DNA of 61,991 nucleotides, the filler included. It is 12 parts of 12 records of this genome, joined end to end, with 100 filler letters (N's around TTAATTAATTAA, not from the genome) between each part and the next. Parts side by side here need not be neighbours in the genome. Positions count along the whole stretch, not along the records: positions 1 to 18,953 come from SRR11831585_819; positions 19,054 to 21,782 come from SRR11831585_839; positions 21,883 to 24,476 come from SRR11831585_843; positions 24,577 to 26,740 come from SRR11831585_850; 8 more parts are not named here. One strand, given 5' to 3'. The position numbers and the translations under genes were made by a program. Within the stretch, counting starts at the first letter, position 1. Each line of letters begins with the position of its first letter. The notes under the pieces are model-generated. The model was not told the DNA's origin. It saw only the letters and a list, made by a program, of their open reading frames with translations, and made no database searches. Of the stretch, positions 16,465-26,840 are shown piece by piece.

Positions 16465-16585
16465 TTACGCTAAGTTAATTATATTCCCCGGTTTGCGTTA
16501 TACCGTCAGAGTTCACGCTAATTTAACAAATTTACAGCATCGCAAAGATGAACGCCGTATAATGGGCGCAGATTAAGAGGCTACA

Positions 16586-18079
16586 ATGGACGCCATGAAA
16601 TATAACGATTTACGCGACTTCTTGACGCTGCTTGAACAGCAGGGTGAGCTAAAACGTATCACGCTCCCGGTGGATCCGCATCTGGAAATCACTGAAATTG
16701 CTGACCGCACTTTGCGTGCCGGTGGGCCTGCGCTGTTGTTCGAAAACCCTAAAGGCTACTCAATGCCGGTGCTGTGCAACCTGTTCGGTACGCCAAAGCG
16801 CGTGGCGATGGGCATGGGGCAGGAAGATGTTTCGGCGCTGCGTGAAGTTGGTAAATTATTGGCGTTTCTGAAAGAGCCGGAGCCGCCAAAAGGTTTCCGC
16901 GACCTGTTTGATAAACTGCCGCAGTTTAAGCAAGTATTGAACATGCCGACAAAGCGGCTGCGTGGTGCGCCCTGCCAACAAAAAATCGTCTCTGGCGATG
17001 ACGTCGATCTCAATCGCATTCCCATTATGACCTGCTGGCCGGAAGATGCCGCGCCGCTGATTACCTGGGGGCTGACAGTGACGCGCGGCCCACATAAAGA
17101 GCGGCAGAATCTGGGCATTTATCGCCAGCAGCTGATTGGTAAAAACAAACTGATTATGCGCTGGCTGTCGCATCGCGGCGGCGCGCTGGATTATCAGGAG
17201 TGGTGTGCGGCGCATCCGGGCGAACGTTTCCCGGTTTCTGTGGCGCTGGGTGCCGATCCCGCCACGATTCTCGGTGCAGTCACTCCCGTTCCGGATACGC
17301 TTTCAGAGTATGCGTTTGCCGGATTGCTACGTGGCACCAAGACCGAAGTGGTGAAGTGTATCTCCAATGATCTTGAAGTGCCCGCCAGTGCGGAGATTGT
17401 GCTGGAAGGGTATATCGAACAAGGCGAAACTGCGCCGGAAGGGCCGTATGGCGACCACACCGGTTACTATAATGAAGTCGATAGTTTCCCGGTATTTACC
17501 GTGACGCATATTACCCAGCGTGAAGATGCGATTTACCATTCCACCTATACCGGGCGTCCGCCAGATGAGCCCGCGGTGCTGGGTGTCGCACTGAACGAAG
17601 TGTTTGTGCCGATTCTGCAAAAACAGTTCCCGGAAATTGTCGATTTTTACCTGCCGCCGGAAGGCTGCTCTTATCGCCTGGCGGTAGTGACAATCAAAAA
17701 ACAGTACGCCGGACACGCGAAGCGCGTCATGATGGGCGTCTGGTCGTTCTTACGCCAGTTTATGTACACTAAATTTGTGATCGTTTGCGATGATGACGTT
17801 AACGCACGCGACTGGAACGATGTGATTTGGGCGATTACCACCCGTATGGACCCGGCGCGGGATACTGTTCTGGTAGAAAATACGCCTATTGATTATCTGG
17901 ATTTTGCCTCGCCTGTCTCCGGGCTGGGTTCAAAAATGGGGCTGGATGCCACGAATAAATGGCCGGGGGAAACCCAGCGTGAATGGGGACGTCCCATCAA
18001 AAAAGATCCAGATGTTGTCGCGCATATTGACGCCATCTGGGATGAACTGGCTATTTTTAACAACGGTAAAAGCGCCTGA
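16586..18079 (+). CDS. ubiD: 3-octaprenyl-4-hydroxybenzoate decarboxylase
   Basis: 497 aa; [10 protein letters not shown] motif. Confidence 0.98.
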   Translation: MDAMKYNDLRDFLTLLEQQGELKRITLPVDPHLEITEIADRTLRAGGPALLFENPKGYSMPVLCNLFGTPKRVAMGMGQEDVSALREVGKLLAFLKEPEPPKGFRDLFDKLPQFKQVLNMPTKRLRGAPCQQKIVSGDDVDLNRIPIMTCWPEDAAPLITWGLTVTRGPHKERQNLGIYRQQLIGKNKLIMRWLSHRGGALDYQEWCAAHPGERFPVSVALGADPATILGAVTPVPDTLSEYAFAGLLRGTKTEVVKCISNDLEVPASAEIVLEGYIEQGETAPEGPYGDHTGYYNEVDSFPVFTVTHITQREDAIYHSTYTGRPPDEPAVLGVALNEVFVPILQKQFPEIVDFYLPPEGCSYRLAVVTIKKQYAGHAKRVMMGVWSFLRQFMYTKFVIVCDDDVNARDWNDVIWAITTRMDPARDTVLVENTPIDYLDFASPVSGLGSKMGLDATNKWPGETQREWGRPIKKDPDVVAHIDAIWDELAIFNNGKSA

Positions 18080-18124
18080 TGCGCGTTTGTTTTGCCCTAT
18101 TTATCGATCCGACAGAGAAAGCGC

Positions 18125-18826
18125 ATGACAACCTTAAGCTGTAAAGTGACCTCGGTAGAAGCTATCACGGATACCGTATATCGTGTCCGCATCGTGCCAG
18201 ACGCGGCCTTTTCTTTTCGTGCTGGTCAGTATTTGATGGTAGTGATGGATGAGCGCGACAAACGTCCGTTCTCAATGGCTTCGACGCCGGATGAAAAAGG
18301 GTTTATCGAGCTGCATATTGGCGCTTCTGAAATCAACCTTTACGCGAAAGCAGTCATGGACCGCATCCTCAAAGATCATCAAATCGTGGTCGACATTCCC
18401 CACGGAGAAGCGTGGCTGCGCGATGATGAAGAGCGTCCGATGATTTTGATTGCGGGCGGCACCGGGTTCTCTTATGCCCGCTCGATTTTGCTGACAGCGT
18501 TGGCGCGTAACCCAAACCGTGATATCACCATTTACTGGGGCGGGCGTGAAGAGCAGCATCTGTATGATCTCTGCGAGCTTGAGGCGCTTTCGTTGAAGCA
18601 TCCTGGTCTGCAAGTGGTGCCGGTGGTTGAACAACCGGAAGCGGGCTGGCGTGGGCGTACTGGCACCGTGTTAACGGCGGTATTGCAGGATCACGGTACG
18701 CTGGCAGAGCATGATATCTATATTGCCGGACGTTTTGAGATGGCGAAAATTGCCCGCGATCTGTTTTGCAGTGAGCGTAATGCGCGGGAAGATCGCCTGT
18801 TTGGCGATGCGTTTGCATTTATCTGA
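18125..18826 (+). CDS. fre: NAD(P)H-flavin reductase
   Basis: RPFSMAS and AGGTG motifs; 233 aa. Confidence 0.97.
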
Positions 18827-18918
18827 GATATAAAAAAACCCGCCCCTGACAGGCGGGAAGAACGGCAACTAAACTGTTATTCAGTGGCATTTAGATCTAT
18901 GACGTATCTGGCAAACCA

Positions 18919-18953
18919 TGCCCGATGCGACGCTGTCGCGTCTTATCGTGCCT
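18919..18953. repeat. REP element, partial, at contig end
   Basis: TGCCCGATGCGACGCTGTCGCGTCTTATCG. Confidence 0.8.
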
Positions 18954-19053
18954 NNNNNNNNNNNNNNNNNNNNNNNNNNNNNNNNNNNNNNNNNNNNTTA
19001 ATTAATTAANNNNNNNNNNNNNNNNNNNNNNNNNNNNNNNNNNNNNNNNNNNN
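18954..19053. other. Artificial contig spacer N44-TTAATTAATTAA-N44. The same spacer lies at 21783-21882, 24477-24576, 26741-26840, 29083-29182, 32148-32247, 34954-35053, 44937-45036, 47085-47184, 55488-55587 and 58816-58915
   Basis: Identical 100-bp structure occurs 11 times; the 12-mer gives stops in all six frames. Confidence 0.99.
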
Positions 19054-19083
19054 TGTGTGTGTGTGTGTGTGTGTGTGCTGCAG

Positions 19084-19580
19084 CCCTGTGGGTTCCCCTG
19101 CCGTGGCAATGGCACCCGTGTGTGGCTGCTGATCAACGACGCACGTGGGGAGCCCTTTGAGCCGGACCTTGCACACCAGTGCATGTGGGCCGAACCCAGC
19201 GTACAACACCTGCGGCGACTTATGAGGTGCCTGTGTGAATGTGAGTGTGCGCGGTAGGAGAGTGTTTGCCGTTGGTTGTGTGTTTGTGTATGTGTGTGTA
19301 TGCTGGTGTATATCTCAGTAACGGATGGCGTAATACTGCATACCGCTGTGAGCCTTGTGGTGTCTCCGCATTCATACGTGTGCACTTACGTCCGCATTCT
19401 CGTTCCTCTGAAAATCATAGACATGTGTTTGAAAACCGCGTGGAGGCCAAACTAAAAGGCGAGCGCGCGCGTGCATACGTCACGCAACATTTTGGCTGGG
19501 ACACAGCACACAGACGCGCCAAGGAGCGGTTGGTGTGGCTGTGGGAGCACCGCGACCAGTTATTGCAAGGTAGCGTATAA
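19084..19580 (+). CDS. Eukaryotic glycosyltransferase (GT4/GT-B-like), last two exons (19084-19226, 19421-19580), 5' truncated
   Basis: Spliced product ..WAEPSVQHLRRLMR|HVFENRVEAKLKGERARAYVTQHFGWD..; GT-AG intron 19227-19420. Confidence 0.65.
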
Positions 19581-20290
19581 CCAAGGAACAGAAAATCGCA
19601 GTCATTTGGAGCATTGTTGTTGACATATGAGCGATTCCACGTCCACCTAGAGTACTTTTAGTAGTGTATTCAAGCCGAGTTTGCACGGACGTCTAAGCGC
19701 GGGTTGAGTGAAGGATGCTATGGAGTGAGTGTGTGTGATGCGGTTGTATGAGTCAACGAAACCAACCTAGCAAAAAAGGATTCCCGTACCTGCACCATTA
19801 GCGTGCGCGGACGGATGATACATATGCTGGGTGACCGAGTGTGTTGTTTTGAGTGAAGGGTTACACACATACAATTCGCGAAGCAAAAAGAACGTATGTT
19901 TTCAGGCAACCAAGGACACAAACACAACTACGATACGATGTTGCTGTATTCAAACAACCGCGACAGGGACAACGCCCGCCTGGTGTGAGCAGTCGAGGAG
20001 CACACCTCATGGACCACATCGACACCGGGGTCGACAACCAGTCCGCCCCACACTGCATGAGGACATACACGACTACGCCCATCGCATCAACGCATAGCAC
20101 GTACGAAGCGGTATACGTGGTGTGCGGGCTCGAGTGAATAACGCACGAGGATGATGCCAGCCGCATACAATAGGTCATGCTCCACTGGTTCAAACAGATG
20201 CTGGAGCTGAACACGCGGACAGAGATGACACACAGGATGCGTGCTAACGCGAGGTACCCACGAAGGAGAAAGGATTGTGGAACGGAACTA

Positions 20291-21695
20291 CTACCGGCGC
20301 GGACTGTGGATCCATGTCACATGTCAGAACATGGTTACGGAGGCACAAGAGACACACGTACCCTTGCTGGGGGAACATGCCCTTGTACGAGCCGCGGCTT
20401 GTCAGAGAGTACGTGACAGGGCCGCCCCTCTTGCGGGGCTGGTAGCGCACGGCACCGGAGTCACGCAGCTGCGAGTGTGCTGCAACAGACACAGTGCATG
20501 TAAGATTGTATGTACGCAGCATACGAACGGAGAGAGAGAACACACCCTCGGTGAGCTCCTGGTCCTCGCGTGTGCGCTCGTAGTCCAGCACAAACTGCTT
20601 GACATCCTTGTCAGCCCTCTGCGCCTCGTCCGCAGTCTCCGCCATTTCCGCAGCCACGGCCGAGTCCACGGGGATCTCCACCTGCTTGGCCTATGTACAC
20701 AGTGTCAGGGTGTGTGGGGCACGTGAGCGATAGAGCAAGCGCGATAACAAATGTTGAACACACGCACACACATGCACACACATGCCACCACGCACTGCAA
20801 CAACGAAACGACGCACCTTGCCCCCGCGTTTCATGAGCACCTCAAACACCATGGCGGTCTGCCCTGTGCTGGTATCGGTGGTGACATTGGTGGAAGGAAC
20901 GGATGCAGTCTCTATACCACCGAGAACAGTCAATACACACATGCTACATGCTGGTGCACACACACTCGTGCACACAGACAGCAACACACCTCTCCGTTTC
21001 TTGAGCATGGTGATGGGCATGGACATGGACTCGACACGCTTGGCCTGCAGACGGGACGACTCCAGAGACTCGGACACGAGCAGACTGACAGCACGGTCAA
21101 ATTCGTCTGGAGGAAATGTCAGCGGGACACGAACGAAATGCTAGAAACGCAACAAACATATTACGGTTAGGGACACAGACTTCAGCAACACGATGCATAT
21201 CATGAGCCACCATGCAAAAGTGTCGGCATCTGAGACACGCAGCACACAGATACGATGCACACCAAATACGCCTGACAGACGCGCAAAACACAAAGCACAA
21301 ACAAGGAGAGACGCACCATCCTCCCGGCGTCTGGTGATACGATCGACCTCTTCCTCGGATGCAGACTCGGACCCACTCTACGATAACGACAGAGACACAC
21401 ACACACAGACGGACACCAAAGACACAGTCGTTAGGAAAGAAACCAACCGGCCAGAATAGCACCACTCACAAAACCAATATCGCCTGCCTCCATTTATCAG
21501 AGCCCACACAGCACAAATCCCACACACAGCATCCAAACAAACTAACACGCACATACACGATACAGGGCAGCAGTGATTCCGTACCTCAGATCCTGAGCTG
21601 CTCTCTGCGTCGGACCCTGAGGCTGGCCCCTCGCTCTCGTCCTGGCTGTGTGCGGCGGGGGCATCCCCATCATCAGACAGCTCATCATCGCTCTC
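20291..21695 (-). CDS. UPF2: Nonsense-mediated decay factor UPF2, C-terminal exons, 5' truncated
   Basis: Acidic tract (ESDDELSDD, SEEEVD), then DEFDRAVSLLVSESLE, then MVFEVLMKRGGK|AKQVEIPVDSAVA..VKQFVLDYE, matching the UPF1-binding helix and hairpin of UPF2. Confidence 0.75.
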
Positions 21696-22179
21696 CTGCA
21701 CGTGTCACACACACAGGGACACACAGACACACACACAGAGTGGACGTGTGAGAAAGAAGAGAGAGAAAAGCGCGTCAAATAANNNNNNNNNNNNNNNNNN
21801 NNNNNNNNNNNNNNNNNNNNNNNNNNTTAATTAATTAANNNNNNNNNNNNNNNNNNNNNNNNNNNNNNNNNNNNNNNNNNNNTGGATGGTGTGTGTGTGT
21901 GTGTGTGTGTGTCGCTTGATGTAGGCGTGTTCGTTGCGTTGGTGCGTATCGTATTCATGTAATTGTTAGCTGCCTGTTGTTGAGGTGGATGCCCCTCTCC
22001 CATACAAACAAACAAACACACACGCACCCACGCAACATACACACACCGATCCCACTCCCACTCCTTTTCTTCTGCTTTCAATACGCGCAGATTCAGTCAC
22101 TCGCTCTTGCTCACTTTCTCACACTTTCACTTTGCTTTACTCTCTCTCTCTCTCTCCTCTTTCTCTCACGCACACACAG

Positions 22180-22630
22180 GCATCTGGCAAGGGATTGAGT
22201 ACACAGACAGGCGGGGGAAAGGCACATCTTCGCATCGACTCTCTTGATTGTGGTCTTGTCAGCGCTGGGGTGCCCAGTGCGTACCCGACCCCCCTGGAAA
22301 GCCCTGATTTTAGTCAGGGATGGGGTTTTAACCTGGTCAATAACCTGTGGGGCACCAAGTACGTGCGCGTGAAGGCCGAATGTGTTGGTGGTGTTTGTGG
22401 TGGTTGTGGTGGTGAGGTGGTGTTGATGGTGGTGTCATGTTGTTTTCGTTATTGTCGTTTGTTCCTCACATGTGCGTCGTTTCACGCTCAAGTACACGAT
22501 GCGTGTTTGTGTTAGCTCTCGCACTGACGTGATGTGTGTGCGTGTGTGTCTGTGTAGTTACATTATGTGGTATCCGTATCTGGAGTCAGACAGCAACATG
22601 CGCTTCCGATTCGCGATGCAAACCGAATAA
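22180..22630 (+). CDS. DUF5054-like (putative glycoside hydrolase) protein, last two exons (22180-22358, 22558-22630)
   Basis: Spliced end GWGFNLVNNLWGTN|YIMWYPYLESDSNMRFRFAMQTE*. Confidence 0.7.
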
Positions 22631-23855
22631 TAACAGCGCGTGACTGGCCTTCCTCTCACATATGCGACACACAGCTCCCTCCCGCTGACGCACGCATATA
22701 CATGTGTTCTGGTGGATTGCGTTGTGGGCGCGGTGTAGCGGTTGTGTTGATTTGTGGTTGGGTCTGATATCTGTCGTGTGAGTGAGTGTGTGTGTGTTTG
22801 TGGGCGTTTTTTGTTGTATGAATGGACAGAAGGACAAAAACAATCGTTCGATTCGTGGGTATGCTTGGGTTGGATGGAAGGGTTCATATTAAAGTCCTCG
22901 CCAGTAACTGTGTGAGCACAACCCTTAACTCTGTGTGACCACCGCCTGATTTTATCTAGCATTGCTCGTAACACAGCTAGTTGTGAAAGTTCGGGAATCA
23001 CGCGGCAGGGAGCTTTAGAGCGATACCATTTGCTCTGCTACTGCTCCCAGTCTGTTCGGACGTCCCGTCGTCTTTGCGATTATTCGCGTACTGTTAGTAC
23101 AGTCGAATGATGGTTGTGAGATACTCCACCCAACACCCCAATCGTAGCAGCTTCTCGCCTGATCATGAGGTATCAAGTTATATTCGTATGCCATCGCCAC
23201 CCCGCCCATCCCGCCGGGCACTCTGACAGCGTATAATCGGCACAGACCAAGGGGAGGAAGTTCTTAAAATATCATTTGTACATCACTGGTCGTGTCACAG
23301 ACTGTGTGCACAAATGTCATTATCTATTATAGCTAGCATGCCGTGCCCGCAACAAAAGCAAGCGTGAAGTTTTATTTTGTGTTATATTCCCATGTTCAGG
23401 CGCTGACCTTTGAATGGTAGGCGGCTGCCTCAGCGCGTTCTTGCGGGACATATATACATATCAGTGGACCTACCCAGGACAACACAGCCGACGCCTCTTG
23501 ACCCGTACGCGCTTTAAAACATCTTGCAACTCGTGGGCGGTATATCATGGTATAAAGATTGATTTACTAATTGTGACAGCCACGTATACCTTGACGAGCA
23601 AACTCATATACACCAACCATAACACCTCACATCACCTCTCATACCACACACACACATACGCCAATAGAGCCAGTGTGCCCAACAACCAGAAACCAGAACA
23701 CGCACACAAATCGGAAACCCCCGACAGCGTGTTGCAAACCACCGGACATCCACAGGCAAAAGCACGGACCCAAATATCATCACGCATAGCAGATCAACAC
23801 AACCGGTACTCACACAACGCACGTTTCTCAACACCACTCAACGACCTTACTTTCC

Positions 23856-24476
23856 TCACATGGTGTTGAACGTAGCAACGACGGGGTAGTGGTCACTGAT
23901 CCCCACTGCACCGTATACAATCTCCGCCGATTGCAGTTGCAGACCCTACAGATGTGCACATACACACAGAGTGAGTATCCACAAAGATAATTTAATTGAG
24001 GTACGGTACATGCAATGGAGTTCTCCGGCAAATAACTGATTGGGAATATGACATACACACACATACACACACAGACAATACACAAATAACACACGTTTGC
24101 CCAGTGAGAGGAGGACCTTGTAACGGACTGCACAACAGCAAAAATGTAATCTCACGCCGAACGCACACGCACACACGCAAATAAACACACACACACACAC
24201 ACAACAGAGCAGCCAGATGACGGACCTTGTAGAACACATAGTCGATGTGTTCCCCGTTGACATGTGTGGGATGCAGACGTCCTGCTGGGTTGAACACGTC
24301 ATACGCACTCCGCAATCCCGTTGTCAGCAACGTTCTGACACCCGTGGAGTTGAACGGCATATTAAAATCGCCCAGCAGCAGAACCGGTACTGTGGCAAGC
24401 GAACGTAATCACGGACATGAGCGACAGAGAACCGTTTACCCAGCGCGAAATACTCACCACAATGGCACATAGATAA
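23856..24476 (-). CDS. Endonuclease/exonuclease/phosphatase (EEP) domain protein, 3' exons (24458-24476, 24226-24389, 23856-23945)
   Basis: PVLLLGDFN..HIDYVFYK|GLQLQSAEIV..SDHYPVVATF are canonical EEP motifs. Confidence 0.85.
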
Positions 24477-25095
24477 NNNNNNNNNNNNNNNNNNNNNNNN
24501 NNNNNNNNNNNNNNNNNNNNTTAATTAATTAANNNNNNNNNNNNNNNNNNNNNNNNNNNNNNNNNNNNNNNNNNNNGTGTCAAGAGATTCTTCAAAAACG
24601 CCGGCATGACAATGGGAGGGGAGATATCTAAGAGAACTTCACGAATTTCTTCTTCGTTTAGCATAGCCCTGAGAAGGAGCGGTGATGCAATTTTCTGCGG
24701 TGACGCTGTTTTCTTCATTTGCCGCAGAATCAGTAAGCCCTCATTTCACCATTCCGCCGCGCAGCGAAGTTAATGTTCAACATATGATACCGTATGCACC
24801 CGACTGCTGTACATCGATATACAAACACTGCTCCTAGTACATATATATGTTCGAACTGGCAGTCTCTCTGAAGTCAAAATCTCTGGAAAGTCGGAATTCG
24901 TAGCGGCGGGTTGCGGACAAAGAGTCCTGCCTAAGTTTGAAACGTCACGATGTCTCCCATTGCGCACCAAGACATGCACGGGGAAGCACCGCTCCTGGCT
25001 GCATGGCGTTGCGCAGTTATTGTGTGTCTCGCATCGCAAGAGTAAGAGCTTGCAGTTTTTCGTTGAGTTCAGTTTTTTAAAGACCATCTGTGGTC

Positions 25096-26269
25096 ATGTT
25101 TGTTACACTCGTGCGTCAGTACGTAGTTGTTTGATGCTCTCGTTCCTTACTGAATATAACTGTACTGCAGTGGAGAAACAGTTGGTAATGTTCACAGTGT
25201 GATCGATGGTCAGTCCGATGGACAGTTAACGGTTTGGGGAGCGAAACAAGCTGTATTAGTGGCGCAAAGGTTAGCAGCAGAACGTTATGATGCTGTGTAC
25301 GTCAGCGATCTCGCGCGATGCATGCAGGTACCCCGCTGTCGTAGCGTTTGTGCCCTGTGTCTCAAAGCCCTGTAGACCGCTTTCCCTATTGTAAAAATGC
25401 ATCCAAAGACGCCTGTACGTCTCTCCGCACTTCTCAGAGAAAAGGTATTGGCTTGATGCTGTTCCGTGTGTGTGCTCACGGTTTCGCACTCGTCGTCGCG
25501 CAGGCGGCGGGCTGCTGCCAGGGTGCGCCCATCGGGACCAACGAAGTAGAGGCGCGGCGTGCGGGCGAGTCCATTCGTGAGTTTCGGGTGCGTTGCGCGT
25601 GATGCATAACACGAGTGTTCCGGGCACTGACGCTCTGTTGAAGGCGGACGGCGGCGGCGAGAGCTGGAATGATGTGCGTTCGCGGGCGGAGAAGTTCTGG
25701 CAGCTGCTGCTGAGTGTGCATGTCCACGGCGCGGCGTACGATGCGCTGCTGAGCACGGCGCCGCACAAGGAGCAGGTGCAGGCGGAGGGCACCATGTCCC
25801 CCCTGCTGACCCCAAAGCTCCCGTCCCCGACCTCCGCCGTCTCCTCCGCTATGCGCTTTGCGGCCGCGCTGCCGGACGACCCGCCCGCCCCGCCCTCACC
25901 CTCCAGGGAGCAGCGCATCCGTGCGCAGGACTCGGGCTCTGCGATGCTGCAGCGCGCGTCGTTGCGGCCGCAGCACATTCTGGTGGTGACGCACGGCGGG
26001 TTCATCAAGGAGTTCACCAACTACGTGCAGCGCAGGAAGGAGCCGGGGCTCTGTCCGAACAAGGCCTGCAACACAAGGTACGCAGTTGTTTTGTGTGGCT
26101 GTGTAATTCTCATGCGCGCAGTGTGTGGACGTTCCAGTGTGTGCTGAGCGGGGCAGTGAAGCCCTTCCGGCTGCTGAAGGAGAACGACGTATCGCATCTT
26201 GCGGGGATGGGCAGGAAGCAGCCCGCAGACCGGGAGCCCTCGGACATGCCCTGTGTGCGGCAGTCGTAG
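25096..26269 (+). CDS. Histidine phosphatase, TIGAR/phosphoglycerate-mutase-like, complete, 6 exons
   Basis: MFVTLVRH|GET..DGQL..VSDLARCMQ|T..LLREK|..GESW..VVTHGGFI..NTS|..NDVSHL; the catalytic His codon is split by intron 25119-25170. Confidence 0.85.
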
Positions 26270-26353
26270 CCCTCTTATTGCGGTTCCCATGTTAATTATC
26301 TGTGTAAGTTTGTACTACGTTGTGAGATAAAGGTGTGGGTTGGAAAATCTCCG

Positions 26354-26403
26354 GAAAGTTCCCAAAACTGGAAAGTTTGTGCACGTAAAATGACCGAATG
26401 TTC
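26354..26403 (+). promoter_or_regulatory. Possible heat-shock elements upstream of DnaJ
   Basis: GAAagTTC at 26354-26361 and GAAtgTTC at 26396-26403. Confidence 0.3.
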
Positions 26404-26473
26404 TTCGATGATCTGCATTTTCTTTGGTTGACCAGACCAACCGTGCAGCAATTGTGACTTTAGCGTGCAAACA

Positions 26474-26740
26474 ATGGGAAAGGATTACTATGCAGTACTG
26501 GGAGTTGATAAAAGTGCATCGGAGGCCGACATCAAGAAGGCATATCGCAAGGTACGTTGTGATACACACTAGGCTTTCAATACAACGTATGTATGTTTCT
26601 TTCTAGATGGCCTTGAAATGGCACCCGGATCGGAATCAGGATAACAAAGATGAAGCAGAGAAGCGCTTCAAGGAGGTGGGAGAGGCGTTTGAGGTTCTCA
26701 GTGACGCAAACAAGAAAGCTGTCTACGATCAGTATGGTGA
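26474..26740 (+). CDS. Class B DnaJ/Hsp40 (Sis1/DNAJB-like) J domain, 3' truncated; intron 26552-26606
   Basis: [45 protein letters not shown]. Confidence 0.92.
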
Positions 26741-26840
26741 NNNNNNNNNNNNNNNNNNNNNNNNNNNNNNNNNNNNNNNNNNNNTTAATTAATTAANNNN
26801 NNNNNNNNNNNNNNNNNNNNNNNNNNNNNNNNNNNNNNNN

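Noticed and set aside
18998-19009. Recurring TTAATTAATTAA as a biological repeat, CRISPR repeat or transposon target site
   Set aside because: Always centred in exactly 44 + 44 N; it is a six-frame-stop joining linker.
24577-24718. Minus-strand ORF MKKTASPQK..EEEIREVLLDI at the contig edge
   Set aside because: May be a real 5' exon divergent from the TIGAR-like gene, but it is too short and has no recognisable motif.
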